Shown: positions 50,620 to 63,538 of the stretch, piece by piece
Numbering within the stretch: position 1 is the first letter of the stretch
Layout: each line of letters begins with the position of its first letter
Source of the DNA: Camelus dromedarius
Taxonomy: Eukaryota
NCBI RefSeq assembly: GCF_036321535.1
Contig: NC_087436.1
Span: forward strand, 72,666,001 to 72,730,000
Length of the DNA stretch: 64,000 bases
Reading direction: 5' to 3'
The notes under the pieces: generated by a model
What the model saw: only the letters and a program-made list of their open reading frames with translations
Databases searched by the model: none
What the model was told of the DNA's origin: nothing
Position numbers and translations under genes: made by a program

Positions 50620-51570
50620 TATTTATTAGTCAGATAATTAAAGTTAGCTTCTGAGAGTCATACTTAAAACCTCAGTGAAGTAACACAAAAGTTAATTTAT
50701 TGCTTATGCCACGGTTTCACGTAGGTCAGGTAATTTTATTGTATGGACTTCTACTTGCCCAGGGGATACCATTTTCCATCTCCATCATTTTGAGGTCCTT
50801 CATTTGCAGCTACTAATCTTAACTCTCTTCAACCCAAAGTGACCACATAACTTACATTCACGGTTCACTAGCCAGAATTAGTTACCTAACTCCAACTCAA
50901 CTGCAATAAAAGCTGGGAAATAAATAGGGCCCATGAAATATTCAATGAACACTAATCTTAACTCTCTTCAACCCAAAGTGACCACATCACTTACATTCAC
51001 GGTTCACTAGCCAGAATTAGTTACCTAGCTCCAACTCAACTGCAATAAAAGCTGGGAAATAAATAGGGCCCATGAAATATTCGATGAACACTAATCTAAA
51101 AAGAAATAGACAAATAAACTTAAATATAAAACAGAAACAGTCTCTGTCACGGTCTGCTTTTCTGGTCATCAAATACACTTAGCCCCTTCCAAGGGAGGAA
51201 ACCAAAGTCCTAGTGGTCACCACACCCAGCCGGAAGCTCAGAATCTCTGGATAGTCTCCACAGGTTGGTCCCTCCATGAGTTACAAATATGGGTCCTCAT
51301 AAGTTGAGAAAACTATGAAGTTATCTGGCCCTCCTCCAGCATAGGCACATCCACACTCATTATACAATGAGGACACACGACTGCTATAAGCATTCTCATT
51401 CAGAAAGGAGGATTATGGGGCAACCTCCTTCAATCACTGGTCTACAGCAATTCTGAAATCCTATTGGACAGACATTGTGAAGGCTTTCTATTTTAAGGTG
51501 AGTAAATGTTCCTTGATTTGATCTTGATGCTGTTCTAGAGAAAGTGTTTTCTTGACCAATGTTCTTTATG
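50620..51570 (-). mobile_element. MLT1 (MaLR) LTR plus adjoining internal sequence
   Basis: Antisense MLT1 motifs cactagccagaattagttacc...caactgcaa...gctgggaaat, LTR edge gtctctgtcac, then MaLR-internal-like sequence. Confidence 0.6.
50812..51097. repeat. Tandem duplication, 2 x 139 bp plus 8-bp microhomology
   Basis: 50812-50950 and 50951-51089 differ at 3 positions. actaatct occurs at both ends and at the junction. Confidence 0.95.
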
Positions 51571-53680
51571 GTTATTTATTCTTTTTTCTCTTTGACCGTA
51601 TTTAATTTCATATTAACAGATTACCCTTCTCATAGATGAACAGCTTTCTTTTCTTCTTTTACTATGAAACCAAAGATTCTCATTAAAAAATTTCATATAC
51701 AGTAAAACCATGTAATTTGACGAGGAGGATTCTAGATAAACCTGAGTTAAATCTAGAGCCTTGGTCAAAAACATCCTAAAAGACTTAGCGTTCATTGCCT
51801 ACACATATTAAGTAAACCCACTAAAATTTCTAAATCTAATGTTTTACAGTCTTATTATTGGTATAATGACAAGAATGACTATGTAGCATATAGTTCACCA
51901 TTTTAAAGTCTCCAGAATATCAAATTGTTGGAATACTAGCACTAAAAGGAAAATTTATTATTTTAAAAAGAGTGCTAGCAGTGGTTTTTATAAAATCAAG
52001 TAGCAATTTCAAGCCTTTAATCTCAGTTGCTTAACAGACATAGTTTGTCTCTTGCTCAATGGCATAGCCCAAAGAGAGCTAGGCAACTCTCCTGCAAAGC
52101 TCTCCTTCAATGACTCAAGAACCCAAGCTGAGCCCATCACACAATTTCTCTCCCTTGGAGTTCTTTACTGCCCGCCACAGAAGGTAAAGAGAATGTAGAT
52201 AGTTAAAAGCATGGATAGAAGCACACATTATTAACTTAGAAAGAGGCTGGGAAATGTGGGGGAGTACATGGAACATCTGTTGAGTTCTTCTTTCCACTGC
52301 CACAATAGTTAATATTTTGTACCACATCAGCCATTGTGTCTATATGTATTTTCCTCTGTAATTTAATAATTTTCTGGTTTCTTTTCACTCTGGCTAAATG
52401 CAGTTTTAACAGGAATTTATGCTTCTTTTGTGACCTCCCATGTATAAAAAGGGAGGAGCTGGGAGCTATGTGTATTTGTGGTTGGAGAGTCATGACCATA
52501 AATGGGAAATATACTTCATAAGAGATTTAACGCCAAGGCAAACAAAATTTCTTTTGTTGAGTTCTACCAACTTTGATTAGACAGTGAGAACTATATAACC
52601 ATTATCTTCACATTTATCCTCAGGACCTAGGAAGTTCCATTAGATCAATAAGCATAAATGGATTGAATTTGGATTAGAAAAGAGCATTTGTTTTCATATT
52701 ATACTTTTGCAGTACTCACAGTTATATAAAATCCAGGAGGCACAGCAATTATTTTACTACCAATTGTCTGAGTGTCTTTTTTTAAAAATTGAAACTGTGC
52801 CTACTAATACACAGGAACAAGCTTGCAAGGTAATGGCTAGAAACCCTTAAAATTAATTATTTGACCAAATACCCTCTATATATTTATGTTCTAAATCAAA
52901 TTTATCTTCTATTGTGATTTATCAGATTCATTCAATTTTATAAACTGGTGAAAAGTTGGGTCCCATTATCTGACAAAGTTGAGTATATTTGTTGAGTTTA
53001 TAGAATGGAAGATTTGACATAGAAATTTTTACAAGAGGTAGCTGTTTTCCCCATGTCTGGCTAGACTTAGGAATTTAATGCACATGCAAGTTAAATGCAA
53101 TAAAAATCCTTTTTTTAGCCTCAAAACTTTCATGGTGTTAAAGACTAGGTTATGAGAAAATTCTGTTTAATGGTGAGTTAAAGGTGGAAAGGTTTATTAT
53201 GTGTGTGCCTTTGGTTGGGGCAGACAAGTCTGCAAAGCCATTGAACACACATTGATCTTTCACATGCCAAGGGTGGGTCCCCTGCCCTTGTGAGGGCATC
53301 ACATCCACCTTTGCCTTATCTCATTCTCCTCCCCCTTCCAAGAAGAGATGGTAAATGACTGTCTGGGAACTTCCTGGAATCTGCCTTCTCTTCCACAAGA
53401 AAACCTGCTCCTCCTGTCCTGGGAGGTTAAAAGGCCACCACCAACAATGACAGAGCCTCAAACAAGTCACTGGATTTCACAGTTTCTGGAAATAACAGAC
53501 CTGTATTTGGGACCAGGGAGCTGGAGTTCCCGGCTGACTCTGTGACATTTGGATAAAGAAAAAGGCCACCATATTTTACCCCCTCAAAATGACATCAAGG
53601 AAAACATAAACAAATCTGTTTCCCACGTGGCAGCCTGCACAGTGTGGGCCATTGTTCCCTGGGAACTTCAACAGACACAC

Positions 53681-53807
53681 CCGCTGTGCCGGATCAACTG
53701 GCTCGTCCTCAGTTTCCAGGTGTGAAGTCACGGCAACGAAGCCTCCATCCCTTGGGTGGTTTTCCTCTTTGCTTCCACTGAGCTGTTTTCCGATGTACTT
53801 GATACGC
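53681..53807 (-). other. Candidate 127-nt exon, CpG-enriched
   Basis: tctctctcctccttactgccttaaattcag|GCGTATC...CAGCGG|gtgtgt. 7 CpGs, one open frame, weak donor. Confidence 0.35.
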
Positions 53808-54086
53808 CTGAATTTAAGGCAGTAAGGAGGAGAGAGAATCTTGCTGATAAACTTATTTTATCCTAGAGAGAAATGATCTCTCAAGAAGAGTCAAGAAGGA
53901 TGCTGCGAACTGGATCACAAGTGTAGATAGATCAACCAGATAACTAACGGTGTTTTGGCCTGGTTAGTGTACAACAGTTAAGAAGTGATGCAAAGTAAAT
54001 CCTCACAATATTGATTTATTTATCCATATAGGCAGAACTTGAGAGAAGGGTTTACACCACTTAGAAGATGCCTTGAAGATAAATGA

Positions 54087-54105
54087 AAACCTCTAGGGGG
54101 AGCAC
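54087..54105 (+). promoter_or_regulatory. CTCF-like motif
   Basis: aaaCCTCTAGGGGGAGCac compared with core CCASYAGRKGGCRS. Confidence 0.45.
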
Positions 54106-57100
54106 ATGAAAAAAAAAACAAAACCGTAGCCAGTTTTTAAGGAAATGAATTCTTGCTGGTGTGCATGCCTGAGTCATATTTATTAGCCAAGTCAAACAAA
54201 CGAGGTCCAGTCCCTGCTAGGGACGGACAGTGCCTGATGGCTGCACGGCACCTCCCATGCCCCAGTGGCCTTTTGGTAGCAAGAGCTGAGCATTAGAAAC
54301 TTATTCCAGTCTCCATTTTAGTGTCTTGTTGTCTAACAAGTATTTCTTCCTTCTCCAACTCAGAACCAACATGAAGAAGAAGCAAAAGCAAAAGTGTGAT
54401 TTCTGTTTCAGTTCTACCAGTTTATGGCAGGCAGAAATTTCTCTTTTGCAACCTGTGGTATGGTGGGAACAGTGAGCAATACAAAAACACCCCCATCAAC
54501 TTGCCTCAGTATCCCATTGATACAAGCTTAGGCCTAAATATCTATTGCATATGTCTGCATTCATGGGCCAGGCACTGTGCTGTGAAATAAAGATACAAAG
54601 ATGAAAATGATCCTCTTACAGTACAGAATCTGCTGTGCATTGCCATAGCAAACTGCTTCGCTCCGCCTCAGGGTTTATCTATCTGAAGCGTGATTACTGT
54701 TGACTGTTAATTGCCTCTCCAGCTTTGATCATGAAGGCAGGGCCTTCCTGTAGGTAACCCCCATATGTGACAGTGATAAGTGCATAGCAGGGGCCCCATT
54801 CATGAGTGATGGATAATGAATAAATGAGTGAATAAATGACCAGCAATATAGTCACTTGCCAATTATTGATTAGACTCTTTCCAACAAGGAGACAGTCCTT
54901 GAAGATAAGCACTAGAAAGTCTTAGTGGGGGGCAGAAAAGACAGTTAGACCTGAGGCTGCCTTGAGAGGAGGACACGACCTGGGAGAGCCCAGCACCCCT
55001 GGGAACAGCAGCTCCAAGGGGAGAAGAAAACTCTAAGGGTAGAAAGAAGGTACCAAGGACAAGCTCACTTAAACTACATCTGTGCCAAATCTTGGCCTCA
55101 CTCAAACTTTGTTGTACATAAAATTTAAAAAAATAGCTTATAAGGAAGATAAGTATATCTATTCTAACTTCCCATAGAAGAAAATAAAGTTTTTAGGAGA
55201 CGTGCCTTGACTTATGAGTGAGGGGACGAAGCAGTACTCCATGTGGGCCCAGGAGATGGACTGATCATAGCACTAACATTTGGAATTTGAATTCAGAAAC
55301 ATAAATATATTCAATATATTTAAATAAAGATATTCACTATATATTAAATATATATTTATTATATATAAAACATATATATTTATTATATATATATTTCATT
55401 TCTGGCATTAAAAAATATGTTTTTCAATTGTGGCTCAAATTTGTTTGTTCATTTGTATGTAATATAACATTGTCTGGAGCTCTTGTCTGCTGTGCAAAGG
55501 CATGTAATTAACCTAACAAGCAGGTCCCTTCCTCCTGGGGAGCCCATAGTTTCCACTTTAGATATCTTTCTGAAACTTGAGATTTTTGCAAAGTATGGTC
55601 AGCTCTTTAGGGCCACAGCTAACTACTCAATCTGCTGATCAGCTCAGACTTAAGAAACACAATTTTCACTCTCTATGACACTGCCATCTTTTGGAAGTTA
55701 GAAGTATAACAAAAAAGGCAAAAGAAAGGATGCCTTGTTGCCTGTTATTTGCACCAGCCTACTAAAAATGGAGGCAATGCTAATGTGACCAGATGCTCCA
55801 CTGTCAGAAGTTCTCTGGAACTGACAAAACAAAATGGAGCAGTGTTTCATGAACTCACTTACACATAATTTACCACAAAACAATTTCAGTTCACACCGGG
55901 AGCTCCATTCATTAACCTTTTAATGTATTTTTAAATCTGTTTACACCACAAGAAATTTAACGTTCTTATTTTGTATATGATCCTGTAACATTAAACATGC
56001 AGCATAGGTTTCCTAAGGGCCAGACTTCGGAGTGTCCTGCAGCACTTCCCACAGTGTTGGATGTACGTGTTAGTCGTGCAGAAGGTGTTCGTGAGCACCC
56101 CTACCACAGGCCAGGCCATGCTCTGGGTGGTGGGGACACAGTGATGAATAAGACAGGTATGGTTGCTGCCCCTGTGGATGTTACAGGGTAGTGTAAGTGT
56201 TGCACAGAGTGATGTAAGAGTCAGAGAGGAATTTTATATTTTTGAAATCAAAGTGTGCTTGCTCAGGAAATGACATTTAAAAACAACCAGAAAGAGGCAA
56301 AAGTTTTAACAAGATGCAGGTAAAGGAGAGTAAACAGGGGCTGCTTTCCAGGAAAAGAATGAATCTATATAGACACAGCAGTGCACATGTGCAATCATGA
56401 ATTATCAAGTAGTTTCTTGATTTGTATAAAATACTTCACGCTTCTGCTTAAAGTTTCAATTTTTAATCCCCTAAAATATAATATTGTACACTTAAGCAGA
56501 GTTAATGGGAAGTGGTACAGTGATGGGAAAAGCAAAGGGCTTTGAGGTTTTAGGGACTTGAATTTAACAGCCCAGCACAGAGTCACACACACGCAGACCC
56601 TTAGTAAATAAATTACATTGTCTCTGTGTCTGAACTGCTTTGAGATAATTGAGACTTTCTACCTTTGGAAAGGCTCATTCACTCACCGTCATGAATTCAT
56701 TGCTTAAAAGATCGTTTTGGTTGCAGCCTTATGATTAGTGTGTAACACATCTGATGCATCATAATTCCCTGAAATTCATTGTTAATAAAATTGCTTAGAT
56801 GTACTGCTTTGGCAAGTGATTTACCAGGCTGTTTTTGTCACTCATGGAACAAAGTCTAGGCAGAATGGAAAGGGGGGCATACCTTTAAATACCTGAAAGC
56901 TTATTCTTTGCTAATCCAGAACTACTCCAACTCACTCAGTAATTGTGCCACTCAGTTGGCCCTAACTATGTAGAACTGATTATAGATTACCTTCCAAGTA
57001 GCCCAAAGTGTGTGTATGTGGCAGGGTGTAGAGCTGGTATTTTTACCTACATTATAATATCTTAGTATGTTTTTAAAGTTTTGCTATTATTTCACATTTA

Positions 57101-57139
57101 AGAATAATTTACCAATCCAAAAATTGGGTAATATTTTTT

Positions 57140-57352
57140 AAATTATTTTTTATTGAAGTATAGTCAGTTACAATGGTCACTTTCTGGTGTACAGCATAAT
57201 GTTTCAGTCATACATACACATACAAATATTTGTTTTCATTTTATTTTTCATTATAGGATACTACAAGATATTGAATATCGTTCCCTGTACTATATGGAAA
57301 GAAATTTGTTTTTTTTAAATCTATTTTATATGTAGTAGTTCATATTTGCAAT
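57140..57352 (-). mobile_element. L1 extreme 3' end
   Basis: ttttattgaagtatagtcagttacaatg...caagatattgaatatcgttccctg. Flanking ggtaata repeat. Confidence 0.9.
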
Positions 57353-59099
57353 TCTCGGTAATACCATTTTAAAACATGATGATAATCCAGTTTAACTTAA
57401 GTTCATTTTATACAATTTTAATGTCTTCCATTAAATAATACCTCATGTATTGAGGCTTGAAAATATTAAAGATGGAAGATATCTTACCATCGTTTGTTCT
57501 AGTCTATGATTCTACAAATCAGCAAACTAAGGTACAAAATAGTTTTCCTAAAGCTAGTGGGTTTCAGAGCAAGGATTCTCCCAGAAATTCTGGTTCTCAA
57601 ATCAATGCATTTTCTACTTTTTTATATTGTACCCAGATCTCACACAAGTAATCTATGGGGTGGGCTTTTTCATCTGGAAAAAAAAAAACTCATAAAATAC
57701 ACTTGATTAAAATAGAATCTAAAATAGCATTATTATTCTAATTATTAATTAAGACTAATTAAAGTAGTGTTTTTTTGTTTCCAACTAGAATAATTTTTAC
57801 CAAATATTTTAAAATAGCATTGAGAAGAACATTGTTAAGCATTCCTTAATTCAACAAATATTTACTGAGCATATAGATTTTGTAAGACACTGTATTAGGT
57901 AATTGATTCCTATCCTATTTTATTAAGCAAGGCAAATAAAGGGGAAGGGGAATGTTTACAGAAATAAATCATCAAAAATCTCCCCTCAGTTTCGCCATAG
58001 GCTGAGCTATTCTGAGAACATCCATTTGTATAGCATTTTACAGTTTCAAAGCACTTTCTTGTGATATGAATTTCCATATCACATTGTTTTAGGCTCTAAA
58101 TAGCTCTTAACACTTTGAACTTATTTTGACTGTTCTTGATGTTGATATCATTGATCTGCTTCTTAGATTTAAGTTCATAAAAACTGAGGCTATTTTAAAC
58201 ACTACCTAATCTGCCATAATGTCTAGTCCATTTTCTTAAATACAGTAGATGCCCAATATTTGGTGAATGAATGAATGAAATTTCATTTGATCCTCAGAAG
58301 CAAGCAGGCGTGATTATCATCAGGTTAGAGAAGAAGATACTATAGCTTAGAGAGATTTAAGTCTTGGTTCTCATTGCTACTAACCTTTCAAACTCCTGTA
58401 GGGATCTCTTTCTACCTTCATTCTTAATCAGAATCATGTGATAATTCTCACTCAGAATAGAACCATTTTTTCTTCTATTATCACTAATACAAAAGCTATT
58501 AAATAAGGTATCACATTGACATTTGTCATACTATCTGATTTCTTAAGTGTGTTCACCTTTGTTACACAAAACCATGGAATAATATCGGTCTGGTTTTTGG
58601 CTATAATTCCCAGTTTTATTGCTAGGAAGGTGATTGTGACAAGGAGAACACTAAGTTCTCTGGTAAAGATTAAGAGATACAGAGGTATATTTTTATATGT
58701 GTCATTTGATGCTACTTTACTCATGTTTTTCATTTACTGCAACTGACTTCTTCTTCTCTGTGATGAGTTTCAAAAGAATGAGAATATGGTGCCCCATGTC
58801 CTGTTCCTGGCAGTAGCTGAACTCTCAGAAGGTGAAACAACTCATATGGTTTAACAAGAATATGTGAATTTCAGTAAAAGACTTCTTTTCAAAAATAAAA
58901 ACTTGTCAAGGGGATATCTAAATACTTAGGTGGCTTAACGTTAGGTCGTAGTGTTAGTAATACTGTCATTTGTTGGTAATTACCGTTAGTAATTTTTATT
59001 ACTATTATTTTAAGGATCAAGAAATATATTTTCTTTACGCCTCTCTTATGACCATGCTGTAAATAAAGGAATCTCTGAAAGGAAGGTTCAATCACGTAC

Positions 59100-59134
59100 C
59101 CTGGACCTCCTTTTAGTACTGCACTAATCCTAGT
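59100..59134 (-). other. Candidate 35-nt exon
   Basis: ttgctttttctggttgtctctgcag|ACTAGG...TCCAGG|gtacgt. Good acceptor and donor. Confidence 0.4.
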
Positions 59135-59379
59135 CTGCAGAGACAACCAGAAAAAGCAAATTCAAGTCTCCAAACTGGTATAATTAAAATCAGAAGTAGA
59201 AGCATTTTTAAATTATTATTCCTTTAATATGTAGAGGGGTTTTGTTTTATTGTTACATTATTTAAGGAATGCTAACACAGTTCTGAATTTTATACCCTTG
59301 TTCTTTGGGGAGAACTTTGTTGCCTTTCTGTGAGTAATCAGATGGCCGGTAACTAACACCTCGAATTACACTGTGCTGT

Positions 59380-59580
59380 GTGGCTTCAGAAGCACTTTCT
59401 TACACGTTATCTAGCCTGACCCTTCTACCTGCCCTGTGGAGTTGGCAGGGAAGGTATTATTATCTACACTTTGCAGATGAGAGAAGTGAAACTCATGGAA
59501 CTTTACTGTCTTGCCTAAGGTCAAATCACTGTAACTGGTGAAATCAGGCCTTGAACTGAAGGCTTCAGTCTTCAAGCTCA
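59380..59580 (-). mobile_element. MIR SINE
   Basis: ggtattattatctacactttgcagatgagaagtgaaactca...cttgcctaaggtca. Confidence 0.75.
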
Positions 59581-60099
59581 GCACATGAAATTGCTGAGCA
59601 GTAAAGAGAGATGAATTGCAATGGAAACCTTACTAAAAGTTTGGTGAATAAAATCTATTTGCACTAAATGAATTCAAAATTATAAACTAAAATTGCTAGT
59701 CCCATGGACAAGGTCCTAGGTATAAATACACCTGTTAGAATATACAGTTTTAATCACCAGGAGAAAATATTTTATAGCTAACAGCTCAGTCTCAGTTAAA
59801 AATCAAAAACTTCTGATCCACTGAGCAGATATAAACATCAAAACTTGTTGTCTGGACTGACATAGTTGTCGGCCTACGTATGTGTTCAATTATTTAGATT
59901 GGCTTTGTAAGTGCAGATACTGAGAGTGAATATGCCAGTCCCTTTTTTGAACAATCAGCTGAATCTGACCAATGGGTATTAAATCGATGCTGTTACTATA
60001 TGCTTGCTTTTCAATACTAGGTTTTTATACAGATTTATATGTGGGATCCTATGATATATTCAACAGTATGATGCTGAACAAGATTAGATATAAAATTTC

Positions 60100-60290
60100 A
60101 TGGTTAAAAGTGAGAGCCCAAGCTGTGTAAACTTGGCTAAGTAACCTAACCACTAGTTTTTAAATTTTAGAATGGAGATAGTAATAACGTACACTTCTAA
60201 CTGGCTTGTCATGGAATGAAGAGAATTGATAATATTTAAGGTACTCAGTTTCAGTATATGGTAAAAATGAAATAAATCTGAGCTATGGTC
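60100..60290 (+). mobile_element. MIR SINE
   Basis: agctgtgtaaacttggctaagtaacctaacc...aatggagatagtaata. Confidence 0.65.
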
Positions 60291-61429
60291 TTTCTGTAGG
60301 ATTTATTGTATCAGTGTTTAATTATATTATTGTCCTGGTGATGAAGACAATGTACACAAATTTAAAATTCTTTTTTTTTTTAAATGCCCTAATATCACAA
60401 GTGGAATGAACTTTATCAAAATTATTTCAAGTTGTGCGGAAAGCACTATAGAAATTGGTTCTGACGAATTCTTATAACTTAGAAAGGTGGTAGCATTACT
60501 GGATTTTATGTGCACTCGGCATCAATCTGATCAGAAAAGTAGTTTCCGCTTTTACACCTTTCCTGCTGGATGGCTTTAGTAATACGTTAATTAAACATGT
60601 CAATTCTTTTCTTTTTAAAGATGAAGATAACAGCCTAATAATATCAAATGTGATTACCTGTAATATGAAAACTAAAAAAGCATGCTATGGCAGATTGGAA
60701 TCTAAAGGAAAATAAAAATTTAGATTGCATGTAATTGTCTCTTCTAAAGAATTCCAAACTGTATATAGTTTATTTACTTTTTATCCTGCTGTGTGCATGT
60801 GAGATAGAGTTGGTGAAGGGGAAGAGAGAGGAATAAAGAGAAGCTGAATATGTGTAAAAAGAAAGTGAATTTTTCTAGTGTGACTTATTTTCACTTCATT
60901 TCAGCAAAAGGGTTGAAAATCCACTCTAGCTGGAATGAGTGTGATGGGATGAAAATTTAAGTAATTTTAAGTAAAAAATTTTAAGTTATTTTAAATAATA
61001 ATATTTTAACTAATGAAAGACATTGAAAATCACTATTATAATTATGTCAATAGAACATCAAAAACAGGTCAACCAAAGAAATACTTAGCTTCACAAAGGA
61101 CAACTGAGGTGCAGTGTGATTTTGTTTTGGACCTCGCACACAAAATCTGGCACCACAGAGACAAGTGGAAAAAGAATACTCTAAAAGACAGTAAAACATA
61201 TTCATGGGCACGGCCGCAATTTTGCACTAAAGTATGTAGTAATGGGGCTGCAGCCCTGCGGAAATCAGAAAGGGAAGAGAGCTGTGGGGGCAAAGTTCTG
61301 CCCCTTAGTCACTTTGCCTTATTCAAGTAACCTCTCTACATTTGGTTTCTTCATTTGTGCTCTGGGGCACATTTAGAAAGATTTTTCAAGCTCTTATGGA
61401 AAGGAGGTATGAGATGAAAGAAATAAAAT

Positions 61430-62030
61430 AAGGAGGCAATTTAGGAAGCTTTCAGTCTTGTAGATAACAGGATGCCTTGAATTATGCTTGTGTCAGTGGA
61501 CCAGAGAGAAGTGTGTATTCTAGATCGATTTTGAAAATAGAATCTGACAGAGAAGAATCAAGGTGACTTTCTAGACTTCTGTTGCCCTTTATGAATATGA
61601 GAATGACAGGAGAAGGAATAGATGGGGAAAAGATCAAAAGTTCACTTCTGCAAATGTTATGTTAGAAACATGGAGACAGAAATGTCAACTAGAAAGTAGA
61701 ACAGAATGCTTCTTGTGATCAGAATAGAGGTCAAGGCTCAACATGTAAATGTGACATTTATTATTCTCTAGGTAGTGTTTAAAACCGTAAGAACACATGA
61801 AATCACTAGAGGAGAAGCAGTGGGAGAGAGAAGAGAACTGAGGAAAAGCCCTGCGGAATGATGGCATCTAGAGATGAGGAGAAGGGCGGTCAGCAAAGGA
61901 TACTGAGGTGAGTGGACCAGGGACGTAAAAAGATACCCTGGAGAGCATGGTGTTATGGAAGTCAAGAGAGGAGAGGACTTCAAGTCAATGGCTATGGATG
62001 AGTCTAGGAAAAGGGAAAGAGAAGTGGATG
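61430..62030 (-). mobile_element. L2 fragment
   Basis: Purine-rich antisense L2, e.g. agaatcaaggtgactttctagacttc and gagcatggtgttatggaagtcaagag. Confidence 0.7.
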
Positions 62031-62509
62031 TGGGGAGTTTGGTGTGAGCAAGGAGACTATTGTATTTAAATTATACCACTCTTTCCATTGGCTAGAACCC
62101 TGATATCATGCCTTCAGGGTTCCCAGCTAAAGACTGGAGTACTCTTCTCACTGGTGAACCCCCTAGGACTACTGAATACTTAGAAAAATTAAGCTTTTGT
62201 CAGTTATACTGTAGTTGCATATACTTCTCCTAAAACCCTCTAGTTTGTTCACGTCCTTTCAGTTCACAACCAGATGATCGGGTCGACCAGTAGCACATGT
62301 GCTCTCCAGTCCCTGAAACTCCACCGAGGAGTTTCTGCTTCAAGAGTTTCCTCCACTTCATTAGAGAAATTAAAATATTTCAGGGAATAAGTCAGACAGT
62401 GTCCTTTCCACTTAGACACTTCCCTTCAGTGCTCTGTGTAATAAAACAACCCAGTGTTATACATAACATATGAAGAATGGAATGCTGTATTGATGCAATA
62501 CAGTAAAAA

Positions 62510-62700
62510 TAGGTAACACTTCTGTAGCACTTATGTGCCAGTCAGTGTTCCAAGTGCTCTGTATGCATTGACTCATTTGACCCCTATAACACGTCTATGA
62601 GGTAGTGAGTTTCTATTATTATTTCCATTTTACACTTGAAGACATTGAGATCCAAAGAGATTAAATAACTTGTACAAATGTAGCTGCAGAGTAAAGGCTC
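62510..62700 (-). mobile_element. MIR SINE
   Basis: gcacttatgtgccag...actcatttgacccctataac...ctatgaggtag...ccattttaca. Confidence 0.8.
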
Positions 62701-63249
62701 TTAACCATTAGGCAACCCCCCCACCTCCCCTTACACTCATTCAAGCAACCTTATGAAAGAGAACCAATGAACCCAGGAGCCAAGGCTTTAAAATCACTCT
62801 GAACTGGCACTAACTGGCTCTTAAGGTTCTTACGAGGACAAAGTGTGATAAAGACCTGGACTCTGATCAACTCCACATCTGGGGCTCTTGCTGGGAACTC
62901 ACCTCAACTCATCTCCTAAACTTGTTACAGGAAATAGTTCTAACATTAAAGTATTATAAGTAAGCTCTTAAAGTGACAAGCCAAGGATAAACACATACAT
63001 TTAGTTTTAATGGTAATCTTTAATCTGCCTACGAAGTTCAACTGTGTGGCAGCCCAAGACGATCTTGCTTTAGAAACAATCTTTTCATTTCAATCTGATG
63101 GATCTGTTACAGGAATGACACGTGCATTCTGCTGTATGACATCCGGTGCACCATCTCCTGGTGGTTCCAGACATGCACTAATTATTAAAATTTTCCTAAC
63201 TCCCGTGTTGTCCAAGGGTCAACAGCCTATGTGTGTATCTGTATAATCT

Positions 63250-63538
63250 CCTATTGGTTGCAATCTGGAATCTCAGGAAATAGATGTACAGATGTTGCCA
63301 TCTTAATAGCAAAGGCAATTTGGAGACGAATTTCTTTCCCCTTGGTGACCTCTGTCTTTTCTCATACGGTCTTTAACTGAGTAGATGAGGTTCATCCACA
63401 TTATGGAAGTTAAACTGCTTTATTCAAAGTCTAATAATTTAAATGTTAATCACATCAAAAAAATACCTTCACAGCAACATTTAGACTGATGTTTGACAAA
63501 TGGCCTAGGCAAGTTGACACATAAAGTTAACCATTACA
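63250..63538 (-). mobile_element. MLT2 (ERVL) LTR 5' part
   Basis: caagttgacacataaagttaaccattaca is the reverse complement of the MLT2 start. Confidence 0.8.

Noticed and set aside
55300..55397. Near-pure AT tract with apparent palindromes
   Set aside because: Low-complexity (TA)-rich sequence, so self-complementarity is trivial.
58626..58638. gaaggtgattgtg resembles part of mature miR-383
   Set aside because: The 5' seed region does not match and no precursor hairpin is evident.
58760..58820. Box C (GTGATGA) and box D (CTGA) at snoRNA-like spacing
   Set aside because: No directly adjacent terminal stem or recognisable rRNA guide; these short motifs are frequent by chance.
61013..61330. 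105-aa ATG-initiated ORF
   Set aside because: No recognisable homology, promoter or splice context; the length is compatible with chance.
5278..62304. Identical 16-mer agtagcacatgtgctc near 5278 and 62289
   Set aside because: One 16-mer match among all position pairs in 64 kb is near chance expectation, and the flanks do not extend.
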